Source of the DNA: Utricularia gibba
Lineage: Eukaryota; Plantae; Magnoliophyta
Direction: 5' to 3'
NCBI GenBank assembly: GCA_002189035.1
Contig: CM007989.1
Span: 5,580,001 to 5,644,000 of the forward strand
Length of the DNA: 64,000 nt
Positions 1-12,975 of the stretch are shown in pieces. The first letter of the stretch is position 1; each line of letters begins with the position of its first letter. The notes under the pieces were generated by a model that saw only the letters and a list, made by a program, of their open reading frames with translations, was not told the origin of the DNA and ran no database searches. The position numbers were made by a program, and so were the translations under genes.

Positions 1-702
1 GCAATGTAACCAGTGTTATTGTCAACACAATGTAGACCCAAGCAATATTCAAAATTTTTAAAAAGTGAATCGATTCACGCCAACCGTGAATTGACTTTGA
101 TTTCAAACCCAACAAAATTTTATGCTAGGGTTTTTCGAATTTGTGTTTAGAGTTAGATGAATCGAATGATATTTCTATTAATATTATATCCCATTTATAT
201 CTGTATAATTCAAAGTGATGATAGTTATATTTCATTCATATTTGTGTTTTGTATAATGCACCATTATAATGATATTAGGATTAAAACTGATTAATTTTGA
301 TAACATAGAGATTTAAATATGTAATTCATAATTTTAGAAATAAATTGTTTAAAAAAACAAATTGAGAAGTCTATAATGTAATTTTGAAAATTAAAGATTA
401 AATTCTTTATATTGATTATAAATTGATATGCTGTCCATGAATTTTACCCATTTTATAAATAAATAAATATAGTACAGATAAATCAACCATATTTGGTCAA
501 TATACAACAGAGCAGGGAATTCAGGGAATAAGTTGCCGGCCCAGCCAGCAGCTTTAAAACCTCGCGACTGATGCTGAGCGGTCGGGGAAGCGCTTCTCCG
601 AGTTTCTTTTCCCGTGTCGTGAAATGCGACTTGTGATGTTAAATAAATGCATTTAGTGCTGTACGTTATCCAGTGCCTGGAAATCCGCCAGGGGTTTTCG
701 TG

Positions 703-3700
703 ATGGCTTCAGCAGATAAACCAGGTTTCGCTGCAACCATTATGCTGTAGCTCGTAATGTGTTGAATAACGACGGTCTGAAGGAGCTGTTGATACTGCTG
801 TTGGGCTATTTCAGGTTTTCCTGCCAAAAGTGTCGCAGTAATTGGAGCTGGTGTGAGGTATGCATACAATAATTTATGTTCGATGAGCGAAAGTATTATT
901 TAGGTGTTAAAGTGAATTTCAAGTCTTCGGTGTTCTTTGAAGTTTGAGATGAATACTCGAGGAGAGTCCGTACACGGAACATTGCTAAATTATATGCTAT
1001 TATTACAAATGCCGGTTGCTTACCAGCTTCAGTTTGTTAATTTCCTCTTGTCACACACTCTGATCAAGACATACATGATTTGGGGAGTTTTTGTTTTGTG
1101 TGAAGTGGGCTGTCTGCAGCGTATAAGCTCAAACTGCATGGTTTAGACGTCACAGTTTTTGAAGCTGATGGAAGATCTGGGGGAAAGTTAAGATCAATTT
1201 CACAGGATGGTTTCGTATGGGATGAGGGTGCGAACACCATGGTATTCTTCGGTTCATATAAATGAATTTGTTTTTTAATTTTTTTATATTCTCGTATATT
1301 CAAATTCTATGCTTTTGATGCCTCATTTTACACAAACGTATTTTTTCCTCCTACAAGACTGAAAGTGAGGCTGGTGTCAGTTTTTTGCTTGATAATCTTG
1401 GGCTCAGGGACAAACAACAATTTGTATGGTTTCTTATTCAGCTCTTTATCAGTCTCATTCTGCACCGTATGCGTATTTAAGTTTCTGGTGTTTGCATTGC
1501 AGCCTCTTTCCCAGCAGAAGCGTTATGTTGCCAAGAATGGAAAGCCCATTCTTGTAATTTTCGATTCATCTCTAGTGTGCTGTGGCGGTTTACATTCTGC
1601 ATCAATAATGGAGCAGTTAAATCTACTAGTTTTTGGCTGATGTATTTCATGATCACTGTCTCAGTTGCCATCAAATCCTATTGAATTCATTACCAGCAAC
1701 ATCCTCTCTACAAGATCAAAGGTTCGGAATATTCTTTCAGAATGTTTTGCTGCTTCCATGATAAGCTCCTCACTGTTACCGTGCACTCCAATTTTCAGCT
1801 CCAAGTGATTTTAGAGCCATTTTTATGGAAAAAGGGTAATTTGAAGGGTCCTCATGCGGAAGAGAGGTATCAATAGGATTAGCAGGTTTTTTGTTTCTTG
1901 TTCATGTGCTTGTTGGTATTCAAAGTGCAGTGCTCTGACTCTGACGTTTTCTTTGGTGAAGTACTTATTTTTAAAGAAAACGCTTGCATTCATCTTCCCT
2001 GATCTCCATTCTATAGTTAACTGACATTTGAGAAAAGTTTTTAAACTGCCCTTCTTGAGTTTTTTTTAATGCATTAAGCCATTCTTTCAGTTTCTTTATG
2101 TTGTCTATAATAGGTGGTGTAGAGGATGTAGAGCTTTTTATATTGTAGGATGTGGATCACATGAAATAAAATTATTAAATTTAGATGCATTCATCCTTGC
2201 TTATTAGATTAAATATTATTCCTGCTCTTACTATTTCCTGTTAATTTTTTTTTATTTTCTGGCATGGCCTGCAGTGTTGGTGATTTTTTCCAGCGGCATT
2301 TCGGAAAAGAGGTGCCTCTTTCACATGAATTTCTAAATATCCTTTCATTCAGCTCGATGTTCAAAAATCCATATATTGTGTGCTAATTCTTTTGATATTA
2401 TTATCATTATACTACTTCACACTGAGTTCTGTGCAATTGAGTTGTAACATAGGTTGTTGACTACCTTATTGATCCTTTTATTGCTGGAACAAGTGGTGGG
2501 GATCCTGATTCTCTCTCTGTAAGTCTTTGCATCTATTTGGTAAATAGTATATCTTATAACTGGAGAATATGTTTCCCATCATTATCTGAATGATGCTTAA
2601 CTTACATATTTGATCTGTCAAATCAATGAATCATTACATTCTCTCATACCAGCTGCGCCATGTGTTTCCAGATCTACAGAATCTTGAGAAACGGTAGGCT
2701 GCAAAATGTCCAACTTCATTGAAAAGGATTTTGTGAGTTTGGTGTGAAGTTGTTTACTTTTTTTTTCTCTTCACGTTCAGTGTACATTCGTCAATGCTTG
2801 TTTGTGATTTTTGTTTTTGAAAGTCACCACTTCAAACAAGTTAGTAATAAAGCACCGAGTGGCAATAAAACACAGAAGAAAGTTTCAACATTTTGCAGAT
2901 GGATAAGTAGCGGTCTTGCCTTGTTCAAAATAAAAATCCTGTGATGTTTCCCCTTCATGAATAAATGTGATCATCTTATGCAAGTTTTCCAAAATCCAGA
3001 TTTGGCTCACTTCTAAGTGGTGCTATTCAGTCCAAGTTTTCTTCCAAGAAAGTAAGAGGAGACGTGAAGAGTTTGAGAAATGAAAAGAAAAAATGGGCAT
3101 CTTTCTCATTTATTGGTGGGATGCAGGTAGACATCAATATTTTTAGATTGGTTTTAATCTCTAATAGAATTCGCCAAAGAATACTTGTATTTGTTTTCCC
3201 TGTTTGACGCTGTAGAGTACAATCTTCCTGTTAATATGACTCCTGTGTGTATTTTTCATTCATGATCTAGACGTTGACCAATGCACTCTGTGATTCGCTT
3301 GGAGAAGATGAACTTAAACTCCAATCTCGAGTGCTTGAATTGTCTTATAATAGCAGCAAGAGCTCTCAAATAGATAATTGGTTCATATCATATGAGTTGG
3401 ATGGCACGCAGGTTTTGTCTGAGAAGTCCTTTGATGCCTTAATAATGACAGTAAGTATATCCCTTTGGTTCTGGATGAGATTTGCACATGAATGTAATGA
3501 AAAAGCACAATGCATGGTGCTGTTGATCTGTTTTGATGACATCAAGTATCTCATGTCAGGCCCCTCTTTCTGATGTTAAGCAAATGAAGATTAGCAACAG
3601 AGACAGCATATTTCCATTGGACTTTATTCCCAAGGTATGTGTCTGTCACTTCAGTTACCTTATATCTTGTGTCTTCATTTTTTAAAATTTGTGATGCTCA

Positions 3701-5339
3701 ATTTGGAGGTGCTTCAGGATATTATTTGTTGAACAGTGCCTTAAATGTTTCAACAATTGCAGGTCAATTATCTACCTATGTCTGTTTTAATAACGACAGT
3801 TAAGGAGGACAATGTGAAGAGTCCCCTCAAAGGTTTTGGAGTTCTGATCCCTTCTAAGGAGCAGCGAAATGGATTGAAAACTCTGGGTACTATTTATTTA
3901 ATATTTCTCAAGTTTTCTCGAGATTGAGTTCCTATCATATACTTAGTTTTTTTTTTTTTTTTCCTTTCAGGGACACTTTTTTCTTCTATGATGTTTCCAG
4001 ATCGCTCACCCAACGGCTATCATCTCTACACTACATTTGTTGGTGGAAGCAGAAATCCTGACCTTGCCAAAGTATCAAGGTACTGCAACTTCAGTGTGAC
4101 TCACTATGCTGTTGGTAGTATTTTGCAATTTTAGAAACTGAGCCATGCATTAGTAAGGTTGTGTTCTGCACAATTTCTATTTCTTGTTTCTCATTCTTAA
4201 GAGTAGAAATTAATAGTTTTGCAGAACATAATGTATTTCTATTTCTACAACATTGTATTAGAAATCAGAATAGGTATAACTTATTTTTGAAAATAATTTC
4301 TATTTTTACAAATTGCAGATCATTCTACTTTTATTTCTCATTCTATTTTTCATTCTCATTTTCCAAAAACTTATTTTCAGAAATGGTGCAGAACAGTCTA
4401 AGATGTCATGTATTTAGTTTTATAGTTACCATAGTTCCGGAACATGCACAGGTTCATTGAAACTATTCAGAACCACCATATTTTTCATGCTCAATTTCCA
4501 ATCTCTTATAATGTGTTTTCAGCGATGAGGTAAAGGAGATAGTGGCATCTGACCTGAGGCAACTGCTGGGTGCAGTGGAACCAAATTTTGTGAGGTTATT
4601 ATTTTTTGCCATTCTACAAAAAATGTTGCTAGCTTGTAAATTTCGTGAGATGTGCTTTGACTTGTCCGCAGTCACTACTACTGGAATAAGGCCTTTCCTC
4701 TCTACGGGCACAATTATGATTCAGTCCTTAAAGCTATTGAAAAAATGGAAAAAGGCCTTCCAGGGTTCTTTTATGCTGGTATTTCCACCTTCTACGTATG
4801 CGTTTCTGCTCTAGCTACATTCCTTGGTTTCAAACCTATCTTAGAGCATAATACTTTAGTGTTTTGACGTGCTGTCTTTCTATTCATTGCTCCAAGCCGA
4901 TGCACAATGTTGTTTGCCATGGTGCCACATTTGAGCTCGTGTGCGCATCGCATAAACGTAGTCTAAAAGTACTAACTCTTTTTAGTGGAAGTGAATTGGC
5001 TTTTCATCGAAAAAAGGATGCACGGACAGGTGAAAATATTCCTCATTTAGTAAAACACTCTTGGAACCTGAAACTTGATTTTAGGTTCTTTACGCAAACT
5101 TCCTTATCTTCAACCCTTTTCATCTCCTGGAAGAGCTTTTTCATCGCATTCTTGTTGCTATCTGATTGTATGTTAGGTTATCTTTTCCTGCAATGGGAGC
5201 ACCTTAAACTATCTGCTGTTGGTTAGGTAACCAGAGGGGAGGCATATCTGTGGGCAAGGCAATCTCGAGCGGATGCCAGGCAGCAGATCTCGTAATTTCG
5301 TATCTCAGCTCTTGCTCCGAGACGAAAGAAGCCAGCTAA
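703..5339 (+). CDS. PPO2: Protoporphyrinogen oxidase 2 (mitochondrial/dual-targeted type), 18 exons, ~497 aa
   Basis: GT-AG exons 703-724, 815-857, 1106-1241, 1358-1423, 1503-1553, 1665-1721, 1799-1866, 2275-2311, 2453-2518, 2653-2693, 3000-3126, 3271-3450, 3560-3634, 3763-3886, 3971-4079, 4523-4594, 4672-4778, 5227-5339 sum to 1494 nt in frame. Translation has the FAD-binding [71 protein letters not shown] and AFPLYGHNY motifs of plant PPO2. Confidence 0.95.
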
Positions 5340-5683
5340 TGTAGGAAGCCCAGGTAAAGCTCGATGCACTCAAGTTACCGAATCATGTTGTTGCCAGTTC
5401 ACAACCTCCTCAATTCATCTTCTCTAGGTAATGTTTGGGACTCAATCACTGTTTGTCGCTTACTGAATGACTGTTCCATGCACCTTTGTTTTGAAGTATT
5501 AGGGCGGACGGACGGACGACAAATAAAATAATTTTCATGTCATTATTTTATTTTTCCAGGTAATATTTTTTTTACTTATTAATAATCCGTCCACATTTTA
5601 TACAATATCTGATCATTGTAAATTAAATATGAATCAATTTACTCATAAAATAAAAATAATTCATAATGAAAATATATTAATAC

Positions 5684-6211
5684 TGTTATGGGTGAAATCC
5701 GTATCTGGTGAGAGGTCAATTTTAGGTGATAAGCGCGGTCGGGAATGTTACACTTAGTCATGTTCTTCACGGTTAATGCGATTAAAATAAGAGTGAACAA
5801 GGATTTTTTACGTGGAAATCGCCGGAGAGCGGAAAAACCATGGAGCTGCCGGAACTCGTCGGAAAAGAGTTTCACTAGATGGAGATCACGAAAAGTAGAA
5901 TACAACTTGAAGAAATCTTTTGAGTCCAACCCCTTTCTTGTCATAATTCCGTCTATTTATAGGAGAGCTCACTATGACCGAATTCTAGTGTCTGCAAACA
6001 TTGGTTGCTTTCTGCTCCTGCTATACGATCTCGTTTTTCAGATATCGGCCGCATGTTATACCATAATTCGGCCACTTTTCAGACTGTGTCATATGGCCAT
6101 ACCTATCAGATTTCTGACAGACGTCGATCTGTCGTCTGGCGTTATCCCCTCGAGATCTCTTTTGACAGCCTTTTAGGAACCGATTACCCTTGGCCGATTT
6201 TTCCCTTATCA
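5684..6211 (-). mobile_element. Solo LTR of the Tat/Retand-type family (528 bp) with 5-bp TSD AATAC
   Basis: The reverse complement starts TGATAAGGG and ends CCCATAACA. AATAC occurs at 5679-5683 and 6212-6216. It shares the TTTCCACGTAAAAA motif and layout with the LTRs at 26058 and 42988. Confidence 0.9.
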
Positions 6212-6243
6212 AATACAAATATAGAAATGAAATATAATTTTCA

Positions 6244-8220
6244 TCATTGATTCTCAAATTTAGTTCAAATATGTTTAACTAAATCATTCTTAAGTTGATG
6301 ATGCGTAGTGTAATCTTGAGATTGAATTAGTCTAAAAAAAATGAATTTATGTTGAGTTCTATATTGGAATAGAATATTGATTCCTTAACTCTCACTTAAT
6401 CATATTGAGCTTCAGCATTAACAATAGAAATAGTATGATCTCATCCTCAACAATCATATTGTATATTATTCATGCATACATAATATCAGCAAGTTTTTTT
6501 CGACACCACACTCTTGTAGGTGTTGTCATAATAGCGAACTAACTTTTTAATATATCAATAGCTTGTTCCATATCCTTTTACACACTCTCTTGATGTCTAG
6601 CATACTCCTTGCTTCTAGAACCTTGAGAGAGTGTGATTGATTTTACAAACATAGGCTAATCAGAATAAATGCCATCAGTTAAATAACATCCAAAAATATA
6701 TGTGCTCATTCATTTCGAATTGCACTCTTGAGATACCATGAAAATCCTATAATAAAGGAGAATGAAATAATACATTTAAATCATTATTTGAGTATGACAT
6801 TCCAAAGAAGTCATGGCAAATATAGGTGTCAAAAGAAACAGCCACCTCTAATATTAAAGTTAGTTTTCAATGGTTTCCACATGAATATGGTCATTGCCAT
6901 GCAATAGGACAATTCTATCAATGCATACTATCTACGCTATCAAGCATGTTAGGAAATCCACGAATCTCCTTAAAGGTTAGTAAATATTGCATGTCCTCTA
7001 GAGTTGGGGCTCTCATGTATTGCTCTTCAAAATTTAAGCAAATGGGTGAAATAAAATGGCAGAGGCACTCACGTGCAATGATCTCCCCTATACGAATATA
7101 CTCATCCACACAATCAGTACTACAATCATATGCTAATATATAAATAGTAGCTATGTATTTTTGGAGGCTTGAAAAACTTACCCAACAAGTAGTATCAATT
7201 TTATCTTGGAAAAAGGATTAAAATATAGTTTCGGTTCGGAACCACATGGTCGTAGTGAATCGTCGGTTCATCAACTATGGTTCATTATAGACTATGATTT
7301 TGGTTTCGATTCGGAATTGGATTCTGAAACCTTGAACCGAACCGGAACTGGTTGATTACTATTTAAATGTAATGATTACATTCAATTGAGAGACTTGGGC
7401 TACCTAATTAAGCTCGTAATGAAGGTGGGAATAGTTGGTTGGTTGTAACTTAGCAAACCTATAACATAATTTTGTTTGTCGAACGATTTGGAGACGAATC
7501 ATAACCTAATTTAGTGAATAATTGGCAGAATTTTTTTAGATGCCCAAATCCACTACTGTGGTCATTGAAAAACAAAAATCCTTACTCCAAGCGCCCACAT
7601 TGGCTTGTGTGGATGTGTGAAAAGTGCGCTTGGGATCATTTTTCAGGCACCCACATTACCTCATGTGGGTGTTTAGAAAATGCATCTAGAAAGATTTACT
7701 ATAAATACTCATATTAGCTTGTGTGGGTGTTTGAGAAGTGCATCTAGGAATTTTTTAATATTTTAAACTGAACCGACAATTCATGGTTTTGAACCATCGG
7801 TTCGGTTGGTTCTGCATGGGTTGGAACTATTGGTTCCATGGTTCCAAGTATGTTCAATCGAACGAAAATCGTATGGTTCCGGTTTTGGAACTCAAACCTT
7901 ACGGATGCCCATGTCTCAAAATCGAATTGGAATCGAAATCATTGATTCTAGTTTGAACTGATCACAACTCCAAATTATTAGAGAGCATTAACAATCCATA
8001 GGAATAGAGGACGCCGTATGCAAAATCATCTCCGAAATATGTCTTCAATATATGTAGATTGATCTAAAAATAATTTTGATGCAATTTAGCATAACTAGCT
8101 TCATTTTACATTCAATGTAACAACGAGGTGCTCGACATTTTGTAAATGCTTCTTCACCATTTCCATAATTATTTAAAATATAATTGTATCTTACTTAAGC
8201 TTTCTCTTCCAAGTCCATCA
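6244..8220 (-). pseudogene. Harbinger transposase pseudogene, interrupted by a ~750 bp insertion
   Basis: N-terminal part (RRPLFLWIVNAL, ~7970-8220) and C-terminal DDE part (~6244-7220) have multiple stops and frameshifts. ORF track fragment 6918..7109 is part of it. Confidence 0.75.
7225..7970. mobile_element. Non-autonomous hAT-like element remnant inserted into the Harbinger transposase
   Basis: Clusters of GAACCG/CGGTTC subterminal-type motifs at 7230-7350 and 7770-7960. It separates two collinear parts of the transposase. Clean TIRs and TSD were not recovered. Confidence 0.45.
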
Positions 8221-8499
8221 TAGCACTTAGAATGAAGAATGAAAAGTTTGAAGAGGATCACATAGTCTTTTATAAGCTCAATTTGCAAGTTATTCTGTAA
8301 CTTTAAAATATTTGTTTACTTTATATTATTATACAATTTTACATTATTTTATTGTTTTATATTATATGCAATTCTAACATATTTTTTCATGAAAATAACA
8401 ATTTTATAGATACAATATATATTACTTGTCCATGAAAGAATTTTCTTTCTTACATAAAACATAATTGTTATCCTACGTAAATATGATATAAAAACTAGA

Positions 8500-9400
8500 A
8501 GTGGTTAATCGGGTTTGAGTCGCTTCAATCATCTCCCAAGTTCACAACACATTCATCAACTACTTGACTTTGATCACCTTGTATTGTTGTAGAAGCAACA
8601 TAATTCATATTTGGTAGAGATTGCATCATAGCTTATAGTCTATTCATTGTTGCATTGTACGAGTTGCTTTGTTTAATGTTGCAATCATCCGACTTTAGAG
8701 AACACAACTTTCTGATTTCCTTCAATGTTTGAAGTTCATTATACATATCCCATACTCTAGTTTGAGATTGAATAGCATCTTGTAGTCCAACAACATGTCC
8801 GATGCATTTACTTAGTTTCGAGTCTGGGTTAGAGCTTAAGCAATTACTACCACCACTATGCATTTGCTTGGCTACTTTTTGTCTCATAGGACACACATCT
8901 TAGTGTGTCTATGGAGTTTCCATTTCTTTTGCTATTTCATTCTCATTATGCCTTTTCTTGTTTGAATTTTTGCTTTCGAGATTCACAAACTGCCATAGAA
9001 AAATTCATATTGTATGTAAGTAAGAAAATTAATATATTCAAACTTAAAATATTATCGTTTTCCACTTTGGTTCCTTTCTCAAAATTTTCTAACAACTCAA
9101 ATGATCAAACTCCTTCCCTAATTGTTGCTTGAAGAGGGCTCCAACATCTCTGTTTATAATCATACTCATTTATTACACTTATTGCCCTACTTGAGACTTG
9201 ATTATAACAATCATCAAACTTTTGAACATTTCAATTCAAGTTGTTCCATTTTTTCCTCAAAGCATCAATATCACAATCAATAGTAAGCAACAACTCTTGC
9301 TCAAAAAAAGTCTATCTTCTGCAAATTTTCACGTATAGGGTCAATACTAGCATTCAACTAAGTTGTAACAAGAAATAGTTCTTCATCTCTAGTCCATCTT
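8500..9400 (-). pseudogene. Harbinger ORF2 (Myb/SANT-like, NAM-associated) remnant
   Basis: FDHLSC*KILRKEPKW matches the ORF2 F..C W.IL..PKW pattern; it lies upstream of and co-oriented with the transposase; heavily decayed. Confidence 0.5.
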
Positions 9401-11799
9401 TTCTATTGTAATCCACTTTAATCAATTATCCACAATAGTGATAGCTTAAATATCATAATGTAAATACAAACAATCAATAATCCACTTAAGTAGCATTAAT
9501 TGAACCATAAATAAGTATATGATAATTGTATATGACACCAACAATCTTACCTTCCAAAGTCAAGCTACCAAAAAAATAATTTAACTAATTTCAAATACAA
9601 ACAAATTTACAAAACTAAAACTGCTCGTGCATACACAAACAAATTTACAAAACCACTAAGTAATCATTTAATCAACTTACTACAAATACTTAAATTGATC
9701 ATTTACTTGAAAAAATCAAAAGAACTCCTCCATAGACAAGCAGTTCTAGAAAATTATTAAAAAATCATTTAACCAATTTCTTACAACTACTCACAAAATG
9801 AATTATTTCCTTGAAAATTAAAACTACTCCATATTCAAGAAAACATAAAAAACTATCAATAAATCATTTAATCAACTTTCTTCAACTACTCATAGAATGA
9901 AATATTTTCTTAAAAATCAAACCTGCTCCTTTTTATAATAAATCTAAAAAGTTACCATACATCATTCCATAAGTTTATTTCAATTGTCTAAGTGAAACTT
10001 TCAATTAAATACTAGAGGCACTAGTCTATAATAGCCAAAGTTATCCCAAGAGCACAAAATTTACCTTATCAATGAGAAACCATAAATCTATAGATACAAA
10101 TAATAAAACATGAAACCTAATATAATTGCAAACTAAAATGCAAAAAAAAAAAAAAAACATAAATCAAAGAGAAGCCCAATTGTTAAAATCAACATCTCCA
10201 TTTTAATAAGATTGTTTGCATTTTACTAGGGTTTCAAAATATATTGAATGTAGATTTGAGAATATAATTTTAGGTAAAGAAACAAAAATGATACCAATAG
10301 AGAAAGAAGAATTGCATTTTGTGTTGAAAAGGATAGATGTATAAAAAAATTTCATAACAATTGACAAACAAAAATAGAAGAGGATGGAAAATTAATAATA
10401 GTGGCATGTTGTTTTGTTTGCCTATGGTTGAAAATGGTCTTAGTTGCTTGACATTCTATCTCTTTTTAAAAATGCTTGTTGCAATTTCTATGTGATGTTT
10501 TGAATATTCATTGACCCCAGTATAATGGCCTTTTGAGATAGGATTTGATTTTTGGTATATTTTTAAAAAATAATTCTAATAATTCATTTCAAGAATTCTT
10601 AAAGTACTTGAAACAACAAATAAATGTAAACATATAGTGAAATTAGGATCGATTACGAAGAACAACGTACTTGTTGCATGAAAGTTGATGCATTTTATTT
10701 GTTACAATAGAGCATTAAGTTTAAGCTAGGGTCAGTAAAGCATTAACATAATGTCCAGCAAACAAATCTGGTTAACTAAATCAGATCGAAATTATAGTAA
10801 AAATAAGATGACACCTTAAGGAATTTATCATTCCTTGCTACTCTCATTCTAATTGAATATGAATTACTTCTTCCTACAATCAATTTAAATTTACCTAAAT
10901 CCTCACTCTAATCTAACCTTGGTCTATCTCTAGTTCGGTTATGGGGGATAACATTACACTTTTTCTCTCCTAAATCTATCATGATTTTGATAAAAAAAAA
11001 AAGAATAAAGTATTTGAATTATAAACAAAGAGATAAAGAACACCTCATTCCTTTTTTCCCTAAGATATCACTTATTCATGTTAGCTAATTATGTAGGATA
11101 AGAATAAGATAAAAACATAAAACAAAACATAGCAAACACTTCCAAAGTATCAATTGGCAAAGGGAAAAGATTAACAAAAGCTAAACAAAGTATGTTTCAA
11201 ATGAAATTGAAAATAAAATGTTTCTGGTTTACTTCAAATTAGAATTAGTATTACTACTCTTGTTACTTGGTCGAGCCAATGAAAAATCTTCTACTTCCTC
11301 TTCTTGATGTTCTTGAATTTCTTCCTCTCAGTTCCTCTGGTTTTTTTATTTTCCTGATGTGCTTTTTTTCTTGAAAATTCTTTCTTTTCTTTCCCTTCTC
11401 TTTCCTCATCTCCCTGAAATATTGTTATATCTCATTCTTCCACTTGTCAGTTTTCTCTCCTTAGGCTTCCAATCTATTGTACTTGTGACATAATAGGGTA
11501 TGTTAGACGTGGGCTTTTGATATATGAGTCAAAAGAAGTATCTATACTTAGATATATATGATTAGTTCCACATCGAAACCAAATTATAGATTTAGCCTCC
11601 CAAATTTGAACAAAAGATAAAAACTAGGATAATATTTATACAAATGTTGTAATTAAATGTAAATCATAATTTTCAATGTAAAACACACAGATTTTTCTAT
11701 CAAAAAATCGTAAACAATTATGTATTATCAACCCTTTTACCTACATTCTTGCAGACCCCACACCCCATCAAGCATGGGTTAGCTGACCCAAATAATTAA

Positions 11800-12633
11800 G
11801 GTCATGTTTGTTAGGTGGGTATAAATTATTAGGGTTTAGGTTATTATGGTTTAATTCATCCCATGAATAATGGTTTATTTCAAAATAATGCGTTTGGTGA
11901 ATAGGTTACAATTATTTAGGATTAGTAATTTTATATGTTTGCTAAAGATGTTTAAAAATGGATATTTGTAGGCAAATATTACAAATTGACTATTATATCC
12001 TTATTATATTTAATCATTCAAACACTCTAATCGTACTATTACGGTGCCTAAGTATAGAAGATTTCATGTGTTTCAGACACCACAAAGTTGGATTTGCAGT
12101 GTCTGAAATCTATTAGCCCACTCTTTACGAGAGCCAAAAGAATTACACAATATGCTTCACAAAGTGTGCTTAATAAGTAATGAAGAACTTAAATAAGTTT
12201 TCACCCAATCAATCTACCAAAATATGAACAAGATATGAAGATATAAAATGAAAAATCAACAACAAATAACTGGAATGAAAACAAGAACAAAAACTTACAT
12301 GAAAACAACGAATAAGTTAAACCAAAACATGGATTTTCATCGAAATTTCAAAACTTAAACCCAGTTATCTTGAATTTACACCAAAGATATACAATCAATT
12401 AAACAATGAAGAAGATGATAACGATTTAGGGTTTGATTTGATGTTGGAAGAAGGGTAATATTGTCTTTCAAATATTAGTTTATGAATGGTTTAACAAAAC
12501 CCATCTAATAGATGGGTTTTGTTAAACCATTATAAATAGGTTTGTAATGGGATAGCTAATCTGTTATAACAAACATACACATCAACTTTTACCCATGGGA
12601 TTAAAGGCTTAAACTCACCTAACAAACATGACG
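11800..12633. mobile_element. Tourist/PIF-like MITE (~834 bp)
   Basis: Terminal inverted repeats GGTCATGTTTGTTAGGTGGGT (11800) and ACTCACCTAACAAACATGACG (ending 12633). TAA precedes the left end; the right TSD is imperfect. No coding capacity. Confidence 0.65.
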
Positions 12634-12829
12634 TTTTAGACTCTAAAATGTTGTAGCGTTTAATACTTTATGGAAGATCCACCGCCATAGTTTTTATTAA
12701 TGGGCTTCATTAAAGCCAAATGTGCCACTACTAGAGTTTTAATTATCGTGATTCATTAAAGCAGAACATTAAAGAAGCTACGACATGTGTAGCGTACTTG
12801 TGAAAAAGCTGGAGGTGCCATTGCCTGCC

Positions 12830-12975
12830 AAGCTCGAGCCAAGATTCGAGCCTACTCAAGGTTGAGCTCCAGCACAAGTTGGTAGGCTCGGTCCGAGCTC
12901 GAGCTCAATGTGAAGGTGGCTGATTCGAGAGCACATGGAAAGCTTGGATGCACTCGGCTCAATTACATTACTAGC
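12830..12975. repeat. GCTCGAGC/GCTCG-rich segment, probable hAT-type MITE remnant
   Basis: Repeated GCTCGAGC, GAGCTCGAGCTC and CTCGGCTC motifs in an AT-rich background; no termini resolved. Confidence 0.3.

Larger units (their letters stand above)
5502..10440 (-). mobile_element. Degenerate PIF/Harbinger DNA transposon (transposase plus Myb/NAM-associated ORF remnants); boundaries approximate
   Basis: Minus-strand fragments match Harbinger transposase motifs (DEYIRIGE, RGFPNMLDSVDSMH, ILEVAVSFD...FFGMSYSNND, HQLKNDLVKHI). A second decayed ORF at ~8500-9400 contains KILRKEPKW. The right end resembles a Harbinger terminus (GGTTGAAAATGGTCT at 10426-10440); the left terminus is uncertain. Confidence 0.7.

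Noticed and set aside
666-869. 67-aa antisense ORF over the PPO2 5' end
   Set aside because: It spans a PPO2 intron and two exons on the opposite strand with no motif; most likely incidental.
1500-4079. Possible herbicide-resistance alleles in PPO2
   Set aside because: Positions equivalent to R128 (QKRY), G210 (AGTSGGD) and G399 (LGTLF) are wild type in my translation.
7590-7755. CRISPR-like repeat-spacer array
   Set aside because: Eukaryotic context, degenerate contiguous units, no unique spacers and no cas genes.
10800-11480. LTR-like AT-rich sequence
   Set aside because: No termini, TSD or homologous copy could be identified by eye.
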